Source: an uncultured Acidobacteriota bacterium
GTDB lineage: Bacteria > Acidobacteriota > Terriglobia > Acidiferrales > UBA7541
Direction of reading: 5' to 3'
Assembly: GCA_963739935.1 (NCBI GenBank)
Contig: CAVUBX010000003.1
Span: forward strand, 100,807-164,806
Length of the DNA stretch: 64,000 bases
The notes beneath the pieces were generated by a model, which saw only the letters and a list, made by a program, of their open reading frames with translations, was not told the origin of the DNA and made no database searches. Shown one piece after another: positions 28,180 to 36,603 of this stretch. Every line of letters begins with the position of its first letter. The first letter of the stretch is position 1. A program made the translations under genes and the position numbers.

Positions 28180-29967
28180 CTACGCTACATTCGGTACGGC
28201 CACTCCGCCCTGCACCCGCGAGCGCCGCCAGAACCGATGGCTCTTGTCCATGCGCTCGCCCACATGCAAAACGAATTGAGCCGCTGTTCCGGCGATTCCC
28301 GGCGCGTGCGGCACGTGGTAGAACGGTTTCCGCAGTTCCGCATGCTCGGCGATGTAGCCGCGAATGTCATCGAGCGATTTGCCGGTCGACTTCAGCGCCT
28401 GCTCGAATTCCATCTTGGCCTTGACCTTCGCTTCGCCCAGTGCCATCTGGACGCGGCTGTGCGCGTTCACTTCGCCTTCGCCGGAAGTTTCGATGGGTAG
28501 GAAAATCATGTCTTTGAACTTGTTGATCACCGCGGATTGCACGCCGTCCGATTGCGACGATGGCATGCAGCCGAATGGCTTCAGCGCCAGCACCATGTGG
28601 CAGAGGTGGTTCACCGTGTAATATACGTTCTTGCCCACTTCGAGGTGGCCTTCTCCACCGCGCGCAAACTGGTTGTAGAACGGATGCGCCAGCCGCGCCA
28701 GCTCCGGCTGCGGTACCAGCTCGTGCGTAATGCCGCCCAGATTCTTGATCACCCGGTGGTAGAAGTGGTACCAGAGCGTCTCGCCCACCGCGATGCCCAT
28801 AAGTTTCTTGCGCAGGGACATCTGGTTGGCCAGATGCTTCCGCACTTCGTACCATTTCGGCGTGCGATGCGGCCGCGTTACCGGATATTTCCGCCGCGCA
28901 TTTGCTTTGCCCTGGTACATCAGGTACGCCACCCAGGTCGCGATCGGCTCCACGATCACCTGCGCGCCTTCGCGCTCCAGGAACTCGAACATGTGGAAGT
29001 TGCCGTCGCCTTCGGTGGTTTGCGCCCAGAATTCGCCGGTCACTTTCACCACCGGCTTCACCCGCGTGCGGTCCACTTCCACTTTGTCCATCGATTCGCG
29101 GCACTCTTTCAGCGCATCCAGATAGATGTCGCCATACAGGTGCTCGCGAATCTTGCCGAGCGTATTGAAAGTGTTGCGCACGGCTTTTTTCTTGGAAAGG
29201 TAGCCATGCGTGAACTTCGGCGCGCGCTGCATGATCTCAAACGCCGGGCGGTCGCGAAGCGTGGTGGAAAGCTTGTCCATCGCGCCCTTGAACACCTTTT
29301 CCGTTTCGCCCTTGTTCACTTCGAACGGGCGCACCTGGTAAATCATATCGTTCATCACGTCGCCCACATGCAGCGCGTTCAGCATGCCCAGGCCGAAATC
29401 CACCGTGAATTTCAGTCCTGGCTCGCCGGAGGCCGCTTTCAACCCATCGCTGTCGTGGAACAGCAGCACGCGGAAGCCATCGAATCCCGCGTTCTTCAGC
29501 GCGAAGCGGTACTCCGCCTCGTACATGCCGAAGCGGCACGGCCCGCACGAGCCCGCCGTAAAGAATACATAGTTGTCCAGAATGTCCCGGCGCGACTGGC
29601 CCTCTTTTTCCAGTGTCTGCAGATGTTTCACCAGGTTGCCAACGGTGAAGTAGGTGGGATTGCACTGCCCGTTGTTCCCGTACTCTTTGCCGAGCTGAAA
29701 CCCGGCCACGTCGGGGCAGGGCACTCGCTCGCAGTGGTAACCCGTGCCCAGAAAAACGGCACGGATCAGTTCTTCGTGTTTCCAGGTGAGGCCGCCAAAC
29801 AGGATAGTCACTCGGCTGCGCTCTTCGGCGGTGAAGGCGCGCTCGATGGGTTTGTGGAAATGCTTGGGGGCTTCCAGGCCCGCCAGCTTTCGCAGCCGCA
29901 GCCTTTCGGCGGCTAAACGTTCGGCAATCTCTCGGTCATGCTCGATCTGTACCAGTCCTGTTGCCAT
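28180..29967 (-). CDS. acyl-CoA dehydratase activase-related / 2-hydroxyacyl-CoA dehydratase-like (DUF2229-type) protein
   Basis: Conserved Cys motifs are NNGQCNPTYF, GSCGPCRFGMYE and LKPFGCMPSS. It lies immediately upstream of, and co-oriented with, the activase fusion gene. Confidence 0.75.
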   Translation of the reverse strand: MATGLVQIEHDREIAERLAAERLRLRKLAGLEAPKHFHKPIERAFTAEERSRVTILFGGLTWKHEELIRAVFLGTGYHCERVPCPDVAGFQLGKEYGNNGQCNPTYFTVGNLVKHLQTLEKEGQSRRDILDNYVFFTAGSCGPCRFGMYEAEYRFALKNAGFDGFRVLLFHDSDGLKAASGEPGLKFTVDFGLGMLNALHVGDVMNDMIYQVRPFEVNKGETEKVFKGAMDKLSTTLRDRPAFEIMQRAPKFTHGYLSKKKAVRNTFNTLGKIREHLYGDIYLDALKECRESMDKVEVDRTRVKPVVKVTGEFWAQTTEGDGNFHMFEFLEREGAQVIVEPIATWVAYLMYQGKANARRKYPVTRPHRTPKWYEVRKHLANQMSLRKKLMGIAVGETLWYHFYHRVIKNLGGITHELVPQPELARLAHPFYNQFARGGEGHLEVGKNVYYTVNHLCHMVLALKPFGCMPSSQSDGVQSAVINKFKDMIFLPIETSGEGEVNAHSRVQMALGEAKVKAKMEFEQALKSTGKSLDDIRGYIAEHAELRKPFYHVPHAPGIAGTAAQFVLHVGERMDKSHRFWRRSRVQGGVAVPNVA

Positions 29968-30284
29968 GGATACCCCCTCAGTGGAGTGTCATTTAGCAGG
30001 CTGCAGAAAGCTGCGCCCTCCAAATTTTAAAAAGCCAAAACGATAAAACCTCTCTTCTGCGACGGTTCACACCAGCGGTTGATTCGATTCAGGATTACGG
30101 TTGTTATTTGCTGCGCGGTTCCGGTTACGAGTGTCGAACTCCAAAAGAAGGCGTTGCTGTTTTAAGTGGTTCTCGGTCCTCAGTCAAAGCTGCCGGTCAC
30201 GCCCTGGAATCGATGGCTGGCCTGCTTGAGAACCCACTTGATCACACGAGAATCGTTGTAACAGAAACCGAGGTTGTGATTCAA

Positions 30285-30308
30285 GGTAGAAAAACAGGTA
30301 GAAAAACA
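30285..30308. repeat. perfect tandem duplication GGTAGAAAAACA x2 in the long leader of the dehydratase-like operon
   Basis: Read directly at 30285-30296 and 30297-30308. Confidence 0.6.
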
Positions 30309-30440
30309 GTGGGTTGGCAACTCGCCTCCCGCCATGTCCTTTGTGCTCTCCTATGCTCGCTGTGATTGTCGGACGCGGTGTCCCGCCTCTTGTAGGGGTT
30401 TTACTGTAGGAAAGCGTACAAAGTTTGCGTGCCATAAATA

Positions 30441-30475
30441 AAAAGAGCGCCTTCTTTCGAAGGCGCTCTTTGGAC
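30441..30475 (-). terminator. rho-independent terminator (13-bp stem, TTTC/GAAA loop, T-run on the minus strand)
   Basis: The minus strand reads AAAGAGCGCCTTC-GAAA-GAAGGCGCTCTTT followed by TTATTTAT. It lies 34 nt downstream of the small ORF stop. Confidence 0.75.
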
Positions 30476-30508
30476 ACGGACGAGAACATGAAGATGACTG
30501 ACGAGCGT

Positions 30509-30643
30509 TTAGCCCATATGCGTCACGGCAGGGCGCACACGCCTCCGTACCAATTCTTTGTAATGCGCATGGGCGAACTTGCCGAGAACCACAAGGTAGA
30601 AGACGCACGCCAGCCCGGCGAGAGAACTGAATGCAATTTCCAT
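30509..30643 (-). CDS. unannotated 44-aa single-pass membrane peptide (MEIAFSSLAGLACVFYLVVLGKFAHAHYKELVRRRVRPAVTHMG)
   Basis: It is below the 60-aa cutoff of the ORF track. A GGAGG motif sits 5 nt upstream of the ATG. It has a hydrophobic helix plus a basic tail and its own strong terminator. Confidence 0.5.
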   Translation of the reverse strand: MEIAFSSLAGLACVFYLVVLGKFAHAHYKELVRRRVRPAVTHMG

Positions 30644-30763
30644 AGTGCCTCCTTGTGGGCCTAAGCTCGTCTAACAGAAGACTCAGCTTACGAAATGTGC
30701 AAAGTTCTTCCCATCCGCTGTTTGCTGTAGATCATTGTGAGCCAGTTCTGTATCTCGCTGAAA

Positions 30764-31195
30764 TCAAGACACTACGAAGCGATCTTCGGGCGTCAGCTCC
30801 ACGGTGTGAATTTCATCGAACCCCTCTTCAAGCGTGGGGCGCTGAATGTTTTTGAACGTGCCAGCGATGGCCACTGGCGGAACTCGCTGCTTGCCTTTTC
30901 GCAGATTGTTGCGGCGCAGGGCTTCACTCATGGGCGTGGAGAAAAAGTACGCGATCATGCGAAAGCCCGCGACGCGCGCCGGCGCGATGTAGCGGGCGCG
31001 ATCGGCCGGCGTGGGATTGGTATTGTCGACCACGAAAGACTGTTGCCCAGCGATACACGCCTCCAGAATGAGCTTTTCGCGGTGGCGGGTCCGCAGCATG
31101 TCGAGATTGATGCGGACATGCGTGTCGAGAAACGTTTCGCGGTAGAAGGTGCTTTTGCCGCTGCCTTGCCCGCCAATGAAGATGACCGCTTCCAC
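30764..31195 (-). CDS. stand-alone P-loop polynucleotide 5-prime-kinase-like protein (PNKP kinase-domain homologue, AAA_33-like)
   Basis: Has Walker A GGQGSGKSTF. The block VVDNTNPTPADRARYIAPARVAGFRMIAYFF...ALRRNNLR...PTLEEGF aligns by eye with the kinase domain of metazoan PNKP (IDNTNPD..SRARY..CAR.AG). The GTG start lies 6 nt after the upstream stop. Confidence 0.75.
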   Translation of the reverse strand: MEAVIFIGGQGSGKSTFYRETFLDTHVRINLDMLRTRHREKLILEACIAGQQSFVVDNTNPTPADRARYIAPARVAGFRMIAYFFSTPMSEALRRNNLRKGKQRVPPVAIAGTFKNIQRPTLEEGFDEIHTVELTPEDRFVVS

Positions 31196-31201
31196 AGTCC
31201 G

Positions 31202-31960
31202 CTACATCCCTGCGGAAGCGGTCGCGTGGCACGAAAGCTTCGGCAGCTTCGCCAGCTTGGCCAACTTGGGTGGACGCGGCCCGTGCCGCACGGCCGTGGC
31301 CACCGGGACGTATGTCAGTTCTTCGCCGGACCGCGCGCAGCGCAGCATCAGTCCGCCGCGGCTCATGTCTCCTCGTCCGGCGAACTCCGCGGGAAACATC
31401 AATCGCTCGCCGAAAATTCCGAGAAGCGGCTCTACATATTTGGGAGTGGCCACGCTGCCGAGCAGCACTACATCGCACGCCGCTCCGATCCGCTCGCGCA
31501 ATTTCCACGCGTCGCGTTCCAGCGGCTCGCGGTACCGTGCCTCCTTCGCTTCGATCGGAACGGCGGAAATTTCCCGCAACATGTCGATGGTGAAAAGCGT
31601 TTCGGGAGGAATCAGCCCGCCGCCGGCGGTGATGACGAACGAGCGCGCTTCACCATCCACCGGCGCAGCGAACGTTTGCGCATAGACCAGCTTGCCGCGG
31701 AAGTACAGTCCGCTGATGAAGCTAAAAATTTCTCCAAGCGGCAGGCCTTCTCGCCTCAGGCGCGCCGCCAGCGCGAATTGCGCTCGATCACTCAGGATCA
31801 TTTTTGCGCGTAGTCCACCGGCGTTCGCGGGGGAGAGCAGGAAAATCCGGCGAGGCCGCGCGGCTGGCTCGGAATTCTCCGCGCCCGCGCTCGGAGTCGC
31901 GGTGACCGTCACTCGCTTTGCTGTGCGCTTGGAGTTTTTCGCCGTTCTTGATGTTGCCAT
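31202..31960 (-). CDS. conserved hypothetical protein co-transcribed with the PNK-like kinase
   Basis: Lies in ORF 31202..32005, with the start at MATSRTAKN or 15 codons upstream. Has a basic N-terminal tail, the conserved-looking blocks IFLLSPANAGGLRAK, VITAGGGLIPPE, VVLLGSVATPKYV and FPAEFAGRGDMSRGGLMLR, and a C-terminal PKLAKLAKLPKL tail. No family was recognised. Confidence 0.6.
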   Translation of the reverse strand: MATSRTAKNSKRTAKRVTVTATPSAGAENSEPAARPRRIFLLSPANAGGLRAKMILSDRAQFALAARLRREGLPLGEIFSFISGLYFRGKLVYAQTFAAPVDGEARSFVITAGGGLIPPETLFTIDMLREISAVPIEAKEARYREPLERDAWKLRERIGAACDVVLLGSVATPKYVEPLLGIFGERLMFPAEFAGRGDMSRGGLMLRCARSGEELTYVPVATAVRHGPRPPKLAKLAKLPKLSCHATASAGM

Positions 31961-32104
31961 AGCTGACTCGCGCTCCCTCCGCTCTATTGTCGTGGCTAAT
32001 GCCACGACTCACAAGTCCGCCCCCCTCGAGTAAATCAAGCATGCTCGCAATGGAATACCAAGGGAAGATCGTAGTAGGATGCCACTGCAAATGGGGGTGG
32101 AAAC

Positions 32105-33649
32105 GTGACTACAAAATCTTTCGCACACTTTGTTCATGCCGGAATCCTGTTCTGCTTTTTGAGCGCGATCTTCCTGGCCGCTCCGGCAGAAGCGCAGCAA
32201 TCTCCCAAAACCGCAACGGACGCTTTGCAGAAAGCTCACGTTCTCGATCGCCTCGCGGAGGCCATCCCTCCCGACCACAAGGGAACCGCGCCAAACTTTG
32301 TGCTCGATCCCGCTTTCCCGAAACCGTTGCCGCACCACTGGGTCATCGGAGATGTTGGCGGCATCACCGTCGATAAGCACGACCACATCTGGGTGTATCA
32401 CCGGCCGCGTTCACTTGGCAGCGGCGACACCGGGATGCAAGGCGCCGCCGCAACCGATGCAAAGGGCCGGCCCATCAGCGCCATCGGTTTCCCGCGTCCT
32501 TTCGGGCAGCTCAACGGTTGCTGCATGCCTGCGCCTTCCGTACTCGAATTCGATCAGGCGGGTAATCTGATGCATGCCTGGGGTGGTCCGGGCGATCCCG
32601 GTTTTCTCGACACGAAATGCCGCGAGCAGGATGGCTGCTTCTGGCCCGCACGCGAGCATGGCATTTACGTCGACGAAAACGATTTCGTCTATCTCGCAGG
32701 CAACGGGCAGGCCCGCAATTTCCATGGCCAGTATCCCTGGGCGCCGAAATTCGGCAACGATTCACATATTCTGAAGTTCAAATCGGACGGAACATTCGTG
32801 ATGCAAATCGGCACCCCCGGCGCGAAGGGCCCTAACAGCAACGATACGAATGGCGGCGTCAACGGCACGCCGCAGCCGTTCTGGCCGGCCGACATGGTGG
32901 TCGATCCGAAAACGAACCTGATGTATATCGCCGATGGTTACGGCAATCGCCGCGTGCTGATCGTGGACGCTGCCACAGGAAAATATGTCGGGCATTTCGG
33001 CGCATATGGGCAGAATCCCGTCGTCGGCGAAAATGGTGGCGTTGCGCCTGCCAGCGGTGGCGTTGGAGGCGGAGCTCCGACCGCCGCCGCAGAAGAAGTC
33101 GGCGAGGGCATCAGCTCTTGGCCCGCCGAGTACAAAGCCGGCCAGATGAAACCGAAGTTCTTCCGCAGCCCGGTGCACTGCGCCAAATTAGCCAACGACG
33201 GCTTGCTCTACGTCTGCGATCGCAGCAACAATCGCGTGCAGATCTTCAAAGCTTCCGAAGTAGGGAAGCCCTGCTCCAATCCGGACGGCGAGCCGGGCAA
33301 ATGCGGTTTTGTCGGTGAGGTTCACATCGCGCCGCAAACTTCTCTCGGCACAGCGGGCACGGTGAACTTTTCCACCGACCCCAAGCAGACCTGCATGTAC
33401 GTTGCGGATCTCAGCAACGACGTGGTCTATGTCATCAACCGGCAAAATCTCACAGAGTTAAGCCGCTTCGGGGGCGGCGGACGCCAGGCTGGCGAATTCC
33501 ATTGGCCGCACATGGTTACTGTCGATTCCGAAGGGAACATTTACGTCGGCGAAGTGGATGGCGCCTCACGAGTTCAGAAATTCCTGCGCTACGGCGCTGC
33601 GGGATGCAGCGGCACCGGAAATTCCGACGTGGGCCAGTACACCGAGTAA
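32105..33649 (+). CDS. secreted NHL-repeat six-bladed beta-propeller protein (peptidyl-alpha-hydroxyglycine lyase-like)
   Basis: Has a GTG start, a signal peptide (FLAAPAEAQQ), and repeated NHL signatures (ADGYGNRRVLIVD, CDRSNNRVQIF, GEFHWPHMVTVDSEGNIYVGE). Confidence 0.8.
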   Translation: MTTKSFAHFVHAGILFCFLSAIFLAAPAEAQQSPKTATDALQKAHVLDRLAEAIPPDHKGTAPNFVLDPAFPKPLPHHWVIGDVGGITVDKHDHIWVYHRPRSLGSGDTGMQGAAATDAKGRPISAIGFPRPFGQLNGCCMPAPSVLEFDQAGNLMHAWGGPGDPGFLDTKCREQDGCFWPAREHGIYVDENDFVYLAGNGQARNFHGQYPWAPKFGNDSHILKFKSDGTFVMQIGTPGAKGPNSNDTNGGVNGTPQPFWPADMVVDPKTNLMYIADGYGNRRVLIVDAATGKYVGHFGAYGQNPVVGENGGVAPASGGVGGGAPTAAAEEVGEGISSWPAEYKAGQMKPKFFRSPVHCAKLANDGLLYVCDRSNNRVQIFKASEVGKPCSNPDGEPGKCGFVGEVHIAPQTSLGTAGTVNFSTDPKQTCMYVADLSNDVVYVINRQNLTELSRFGGGGRQAGEFHWPHMVTVDSEGNIYVGEVDGASRVQKFLRYGAAGCSGTGNSDVGQYTE

Positions 33650-33663
33650 CCTACCAAACGGGG

Positions 33664-34007
33664 TGTCATTCCGAGCGAGCTCCCTGGCGACCCGGTTAGG
33701 GGCGCGGTGGACAATCCGCGATCCGATCAGGATCGCGCAGCGAGTCGAAGAATCTCTCTTCTGTTTTGAAGTGATGTTCGTTTTACGTTGTCATCCCGAG
33801 CGGAGCGGCTTTGGAGACCCGGTTAGGGGCGCGTAGCGTAGTCGAGGGATCTGCATTTTCTTTTGCATTGTCATCCCGAGCGAGCGAAGCGACGAGGGAT
33901 CTGCTTTTTCTTTGCTATGATTTTCGCCGTCATTCCGGGCCCAGCCGACGACCCGATTAGGGCCGGAGTCCTGAGCGGAGCAACGCGAGCGAAGGAGCTC
34001 TCCTCGT
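33664..34007 (+). repeat. intergenic hairpin repeat family, locus 5: array of four copies (33664-33763, 33789-33860, 33869-33910, 33929-34007)
   Basis: Each copy starts (T)GTCAT(C/T)CCG(A/G)G and ends CGAGGGATCTGC or GAAGAATCTCTCTTC. Inner stems contain CCCGGTTAGGGG. Confidence 0.85.
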
Positions 34008-34138
34008 CACAGACTCTTGCAGCGCAAGTCGCACCGGCGCCCAGCCCGCCATCCGTTGCCGGATTCAGCGCCTGAAACATGCCTTACAATTGTACGGACT
34101 GAATTGCACCACTAACTTATCTGTCGGAGGATTCAATC

Positions 34139-34624
34139 ATGTCATTTCGAGTTTGGAGCAATGACTTTAAGGAAGGCGGGCGGCTTCCCGAAGCGCAGGT
34201 TTTCAATGGCATGGGCTACACCGGCGGCAATAAATCGCCGCACCTGGCGTGGGAAGGCGCGCCAGACGGAACGAAAAGCTTCGTGGTCACCTGTTACGAT
34301 CCCGACGCGCCAACCGGATCAGGCTGGTGGCATTGGGTCGTCATCAACATTCCAGGCAGCGCCAAAGAATTGGCCGCCGGCGCGGGCAGCGGCGGAAACT
34401 TGCCAGCGGGCGCGTTGCAGACGCGCACCGATTTCGGAGCCCCCGGCTATGGCGGCGCCGCACCGCCGCCAGGACGCACCCACCACTACGTTTTTACCGT
34501 GCACGCGCTCAAGGTTGAAAAAATCGACCTGGATCCGCAATCGAGCGCGGCCATGGTCGGCTTTATGTGCTTCATGAACACCCTGGGCAAAGCCACCTTG
34601 ACGGCCACCTACAGCAAACAATAG
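34139..34624 (+). CDS. YbhB/YbcL family Raf-kinase-inhibitor-like (PEBP) protein
   Basis: Motifs SPHLAWEGAP, DPDAPTGSGWWHWVV and HHYVFTVHAL are diagnostic of bacterial PEBP proteins. Confidence 0.9.
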   Translation: MSFRVWSNDFKEGGRLPEAQVFNGMGYTGGNKSPHLAWEGAPDGTKSFVVTCYDPDAPTGSGWWHWVVINIPGSAKELAAGAGSGGNLPAGALQTRTDFGAPGYGGAAPPPGRTHHYVFTVHALKVEKIDLDPQSSAAMVGFMCFMNTLGKATLTATYSKQ

Positions 34625-34654
34625 CCCGCGCTTCGCGCTGTTTTTTTCTTTCGC

Positions 34655-35175
34655 TGTCATCTCGAGCGAGCCGCACCCGGTTAGGGGCGCGGTAGCGAAG
34701 AATCCCTCTTCGCTTTTGAAGTTTGCTGTTTCGCTGTCATCCTGAGCCGCACCCGGTTAGGCCGCAGAAAAAAGGGCGATCCGGATTTAGCCCTTCGTCC
34801 AATCGAAGGCTCCGCCGCTGATCCTCACAAAATCACCCTTGTGCCTCTCATGATCTTCCCGGGTGCCGCATCGCTTTGCGCCCTTTGCAATGCGTGCGTG
34901 GCTTTGCCTAACTACATGCTCGCTTTTATCCGAGCACATACTTCAGCGAGTCATTCTGAGCGCAGCGAAGAATCTCTCTTCGCTTTTGAATTTGCTGTTT
35001 GGTTTTTCAGTCGCTGTTGATTTTCGTTTGTCATCCCGAGCGAGCCGCGCCCGGTTAGGGCGTAGAAAAAAGGACGAGAGATCTCTCCTGGTTTTTGACT
35101 TTGCTGTTCGGTTTTTCCAGCGGAGTTCAGCGGCCCCTCAGGGCCGCTGAACGCAGTCGAGGGACCTGCATTTTC
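34655..35175 (+). repeat. intergenic hairpin repeat family, locus 6: array of five to six copies (34655-34713, 34735-34784, 34950-34983, 35029-35090, 35118-35175) with a recurring TTTTGAA-TTTGCTGTT linker
   Basis: Termini and inner hairpins match the other loci. The last unit has a 12-bp stem GTTCAGCGGCCC-CTCA-GGGCCGCTGAAC. Confidence 0.85.
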
Positions 35176-35302
35176 TTCGTTATTGTCTTCGCGTTCGGTC
35201 TCTCGCCTGCAAACGCGCCCGCCGTAACTCTTCCGCTGGCTTCGCCCCGCCGGTCCATTGCCCGCGCCATGCCGCCACGTTAACTTTGTTCGAGAGACTG
35301 CG

Positions 35303-35983
35303 ATGAAATATCCCGCCCGCCGGCCGCTTTGCGCCTTTCTTCTGACGCTCGCCCTCGCCTGCTGCGCCAGCGCGCAAAATCAGCCCGTGCCGGAAGACGT
35401 CCGCGCCTTCGCGGCCCGCTACGTGGCGGCCATCAACGCCAAGGATGCAGCGCGCATCCTCGCCCTGTACAATTCACAGTCGCTTGCCTGCATCACGCCC
35501 GAGAACAAGGACTTTTACGACACCGTGATGCCCATTCATCCGAGTGACCACGTCCCGCCCGGCTATACCGTTTCGCTGCTGCCGGTGAATCAGGACAACC
35601 TGAAAGCGCTCGCCGACACCGAAACCTTTCCCCTAAAGCCTCTGAACGAACTTCACATCGACTATCAGCAGGGCGAGGAAAGCGGGACGGTCATCATCTG
35701 GCTCGTGCGCGAAAACGGCCGGTTGGTTGGCGATTTTCCCTGCGCCACCGAATCCGCCCTGAAGCAATATCGCGACCAGGCGCCCCAGCGGAAAGAGCTT
35801 GAAGCGCATTACAAATCCCTGGCGGACGGCATTCAGCAGCCGCTTCGCGATGAGCTGCTCGCAATGCTTCGCGACCATAAGCGCTCGAGCGCCATTACCC
35901 GCTACCGCGAAGCCAGCGGCCAGGATTTCAGGACCGCCATCTTCGTGCTCAACGATCTGGCGCAGCAACTCGGCCCGCGCTGA
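35303..35983 (+). CDS. hypothetical lipoprotein
   Basis: Start at MKYPARRPLCAFLLTLALACC (lipobox LALAC) inside ORF 35258..35983. No catalytic motif was recognised. Confidence 0.55.
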   Translation: MKYPARRPLCAFLLTLALACCASAQNQPVPEDVRAFAARYVAAINAKDAARILALYNSQSLACITPENKDFYDTVMPIHPSDHVPPGYTVSLLPVNQDNLKALADTETFPLKPLNELHIDYQQGEESGTVIIWLVRENGRLVGDFPCATESALKQYRDQAPQRKELEAHYKSLADGIQQPLRDELLAMLRDHKRSSAITRYREASGQDFRTAIFVLNDLAQQLGPR

Positions 35984-36123
35984 CTCTCCGCCCCCCCGAA
36001 TGAACTCCGCGCCCGCCGCAATTCCAGAGTTCACTCGTGATGAATCGTAAAATCCTCGATTTGAACTAATTCTTCATTTGTCGATTTCGGCGTTAACCAG
36101 GCACTACAGTCCGAGCAATTCGA

Positions 36124-36603
36124 TTAGACGACGCGATGGGCTGGCTCCCGCTTGGCCCAAGTCATCAGGCACCAGCGGTGATAGTCGCTCACTAGAGCTA
36201 GAAACGCGAAAAGAGTACAGACGAACAAACCGGGCCAAAACCAGTACCCCGGCACGCCCCGCCGAGCTGTCCAAAAAAACTGATTCGCGGAGGACGGGTA
36301 AGTCCAGTCGAGCGAATTTCGCAGCAGGAACGCCGAAGTCCCGAGGATCGCGAACAGAATGACAGACAGTTTCAGAGTTTCGCACCACAGGTGCCGACGG
36401 GCTTCATCGGAATTGAAAACCTCCGCGAGGCGCATCACAACAGGATGATCACCTGTATCAACATAGCTGTGCTCGGCAAAGGGGGCTCCCACGGTAGATC
36501 CTAAAACGTCTTCTGGCAAACAAAGCTGACCAGAAAAGAGCAACAAGAGTTGGGCAAACCCACGGACCCAAAAGGTATAAGAAGCCGTTGTGCTCAGGGC
36601 CAT
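36124..36603 (-). CDS. hypothetical membrane protein (possibly disrupted; overlaps ORF 36458..36736 in another frame)
   Basis: Hydrophobic segments are visible (VILFAILGTSAFLL, LFVCTLFAFLALV). Local GC is lower and there is no family signature. Confidence 0.3.
   Translation of the reverse strand: MALSTTASYTFWVRGFAQLLLLFSGQLCLPEDVLGSTVGAPFAEHSYVDTGDHPVVMRLAEVFNSDEARRHLWCETLKLSVILFAILGTSAFLLRNSLDWTYPSSANQFFWTARRGVPGYWFWPGLFVCTLFAFLALVSDYHRWCLMTWAKREPAHRVV

Noticed and set aside
26103-29916. Very long plus-strand ORFs (773 aa at 26103..28424 and 459 aa at 28537..29916) opposite the activase and dehydratase-like genes.
   Set aside because: The translations are Arg/His/Leu-rich and lack domains. 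The minus-strand products carry unambiguous BcrAD ATPase and Cys-cluster motifs.
33664-35175. Regularly recurring repeats considered as a possible CRISPR array.
   Set aside because: Unit lengths and spacings are irregular and the units are diverged. The sequences between units also recur (a linker motif), and no cas genes are present. The units belong to the dispersed hairpin-repeat family instead.
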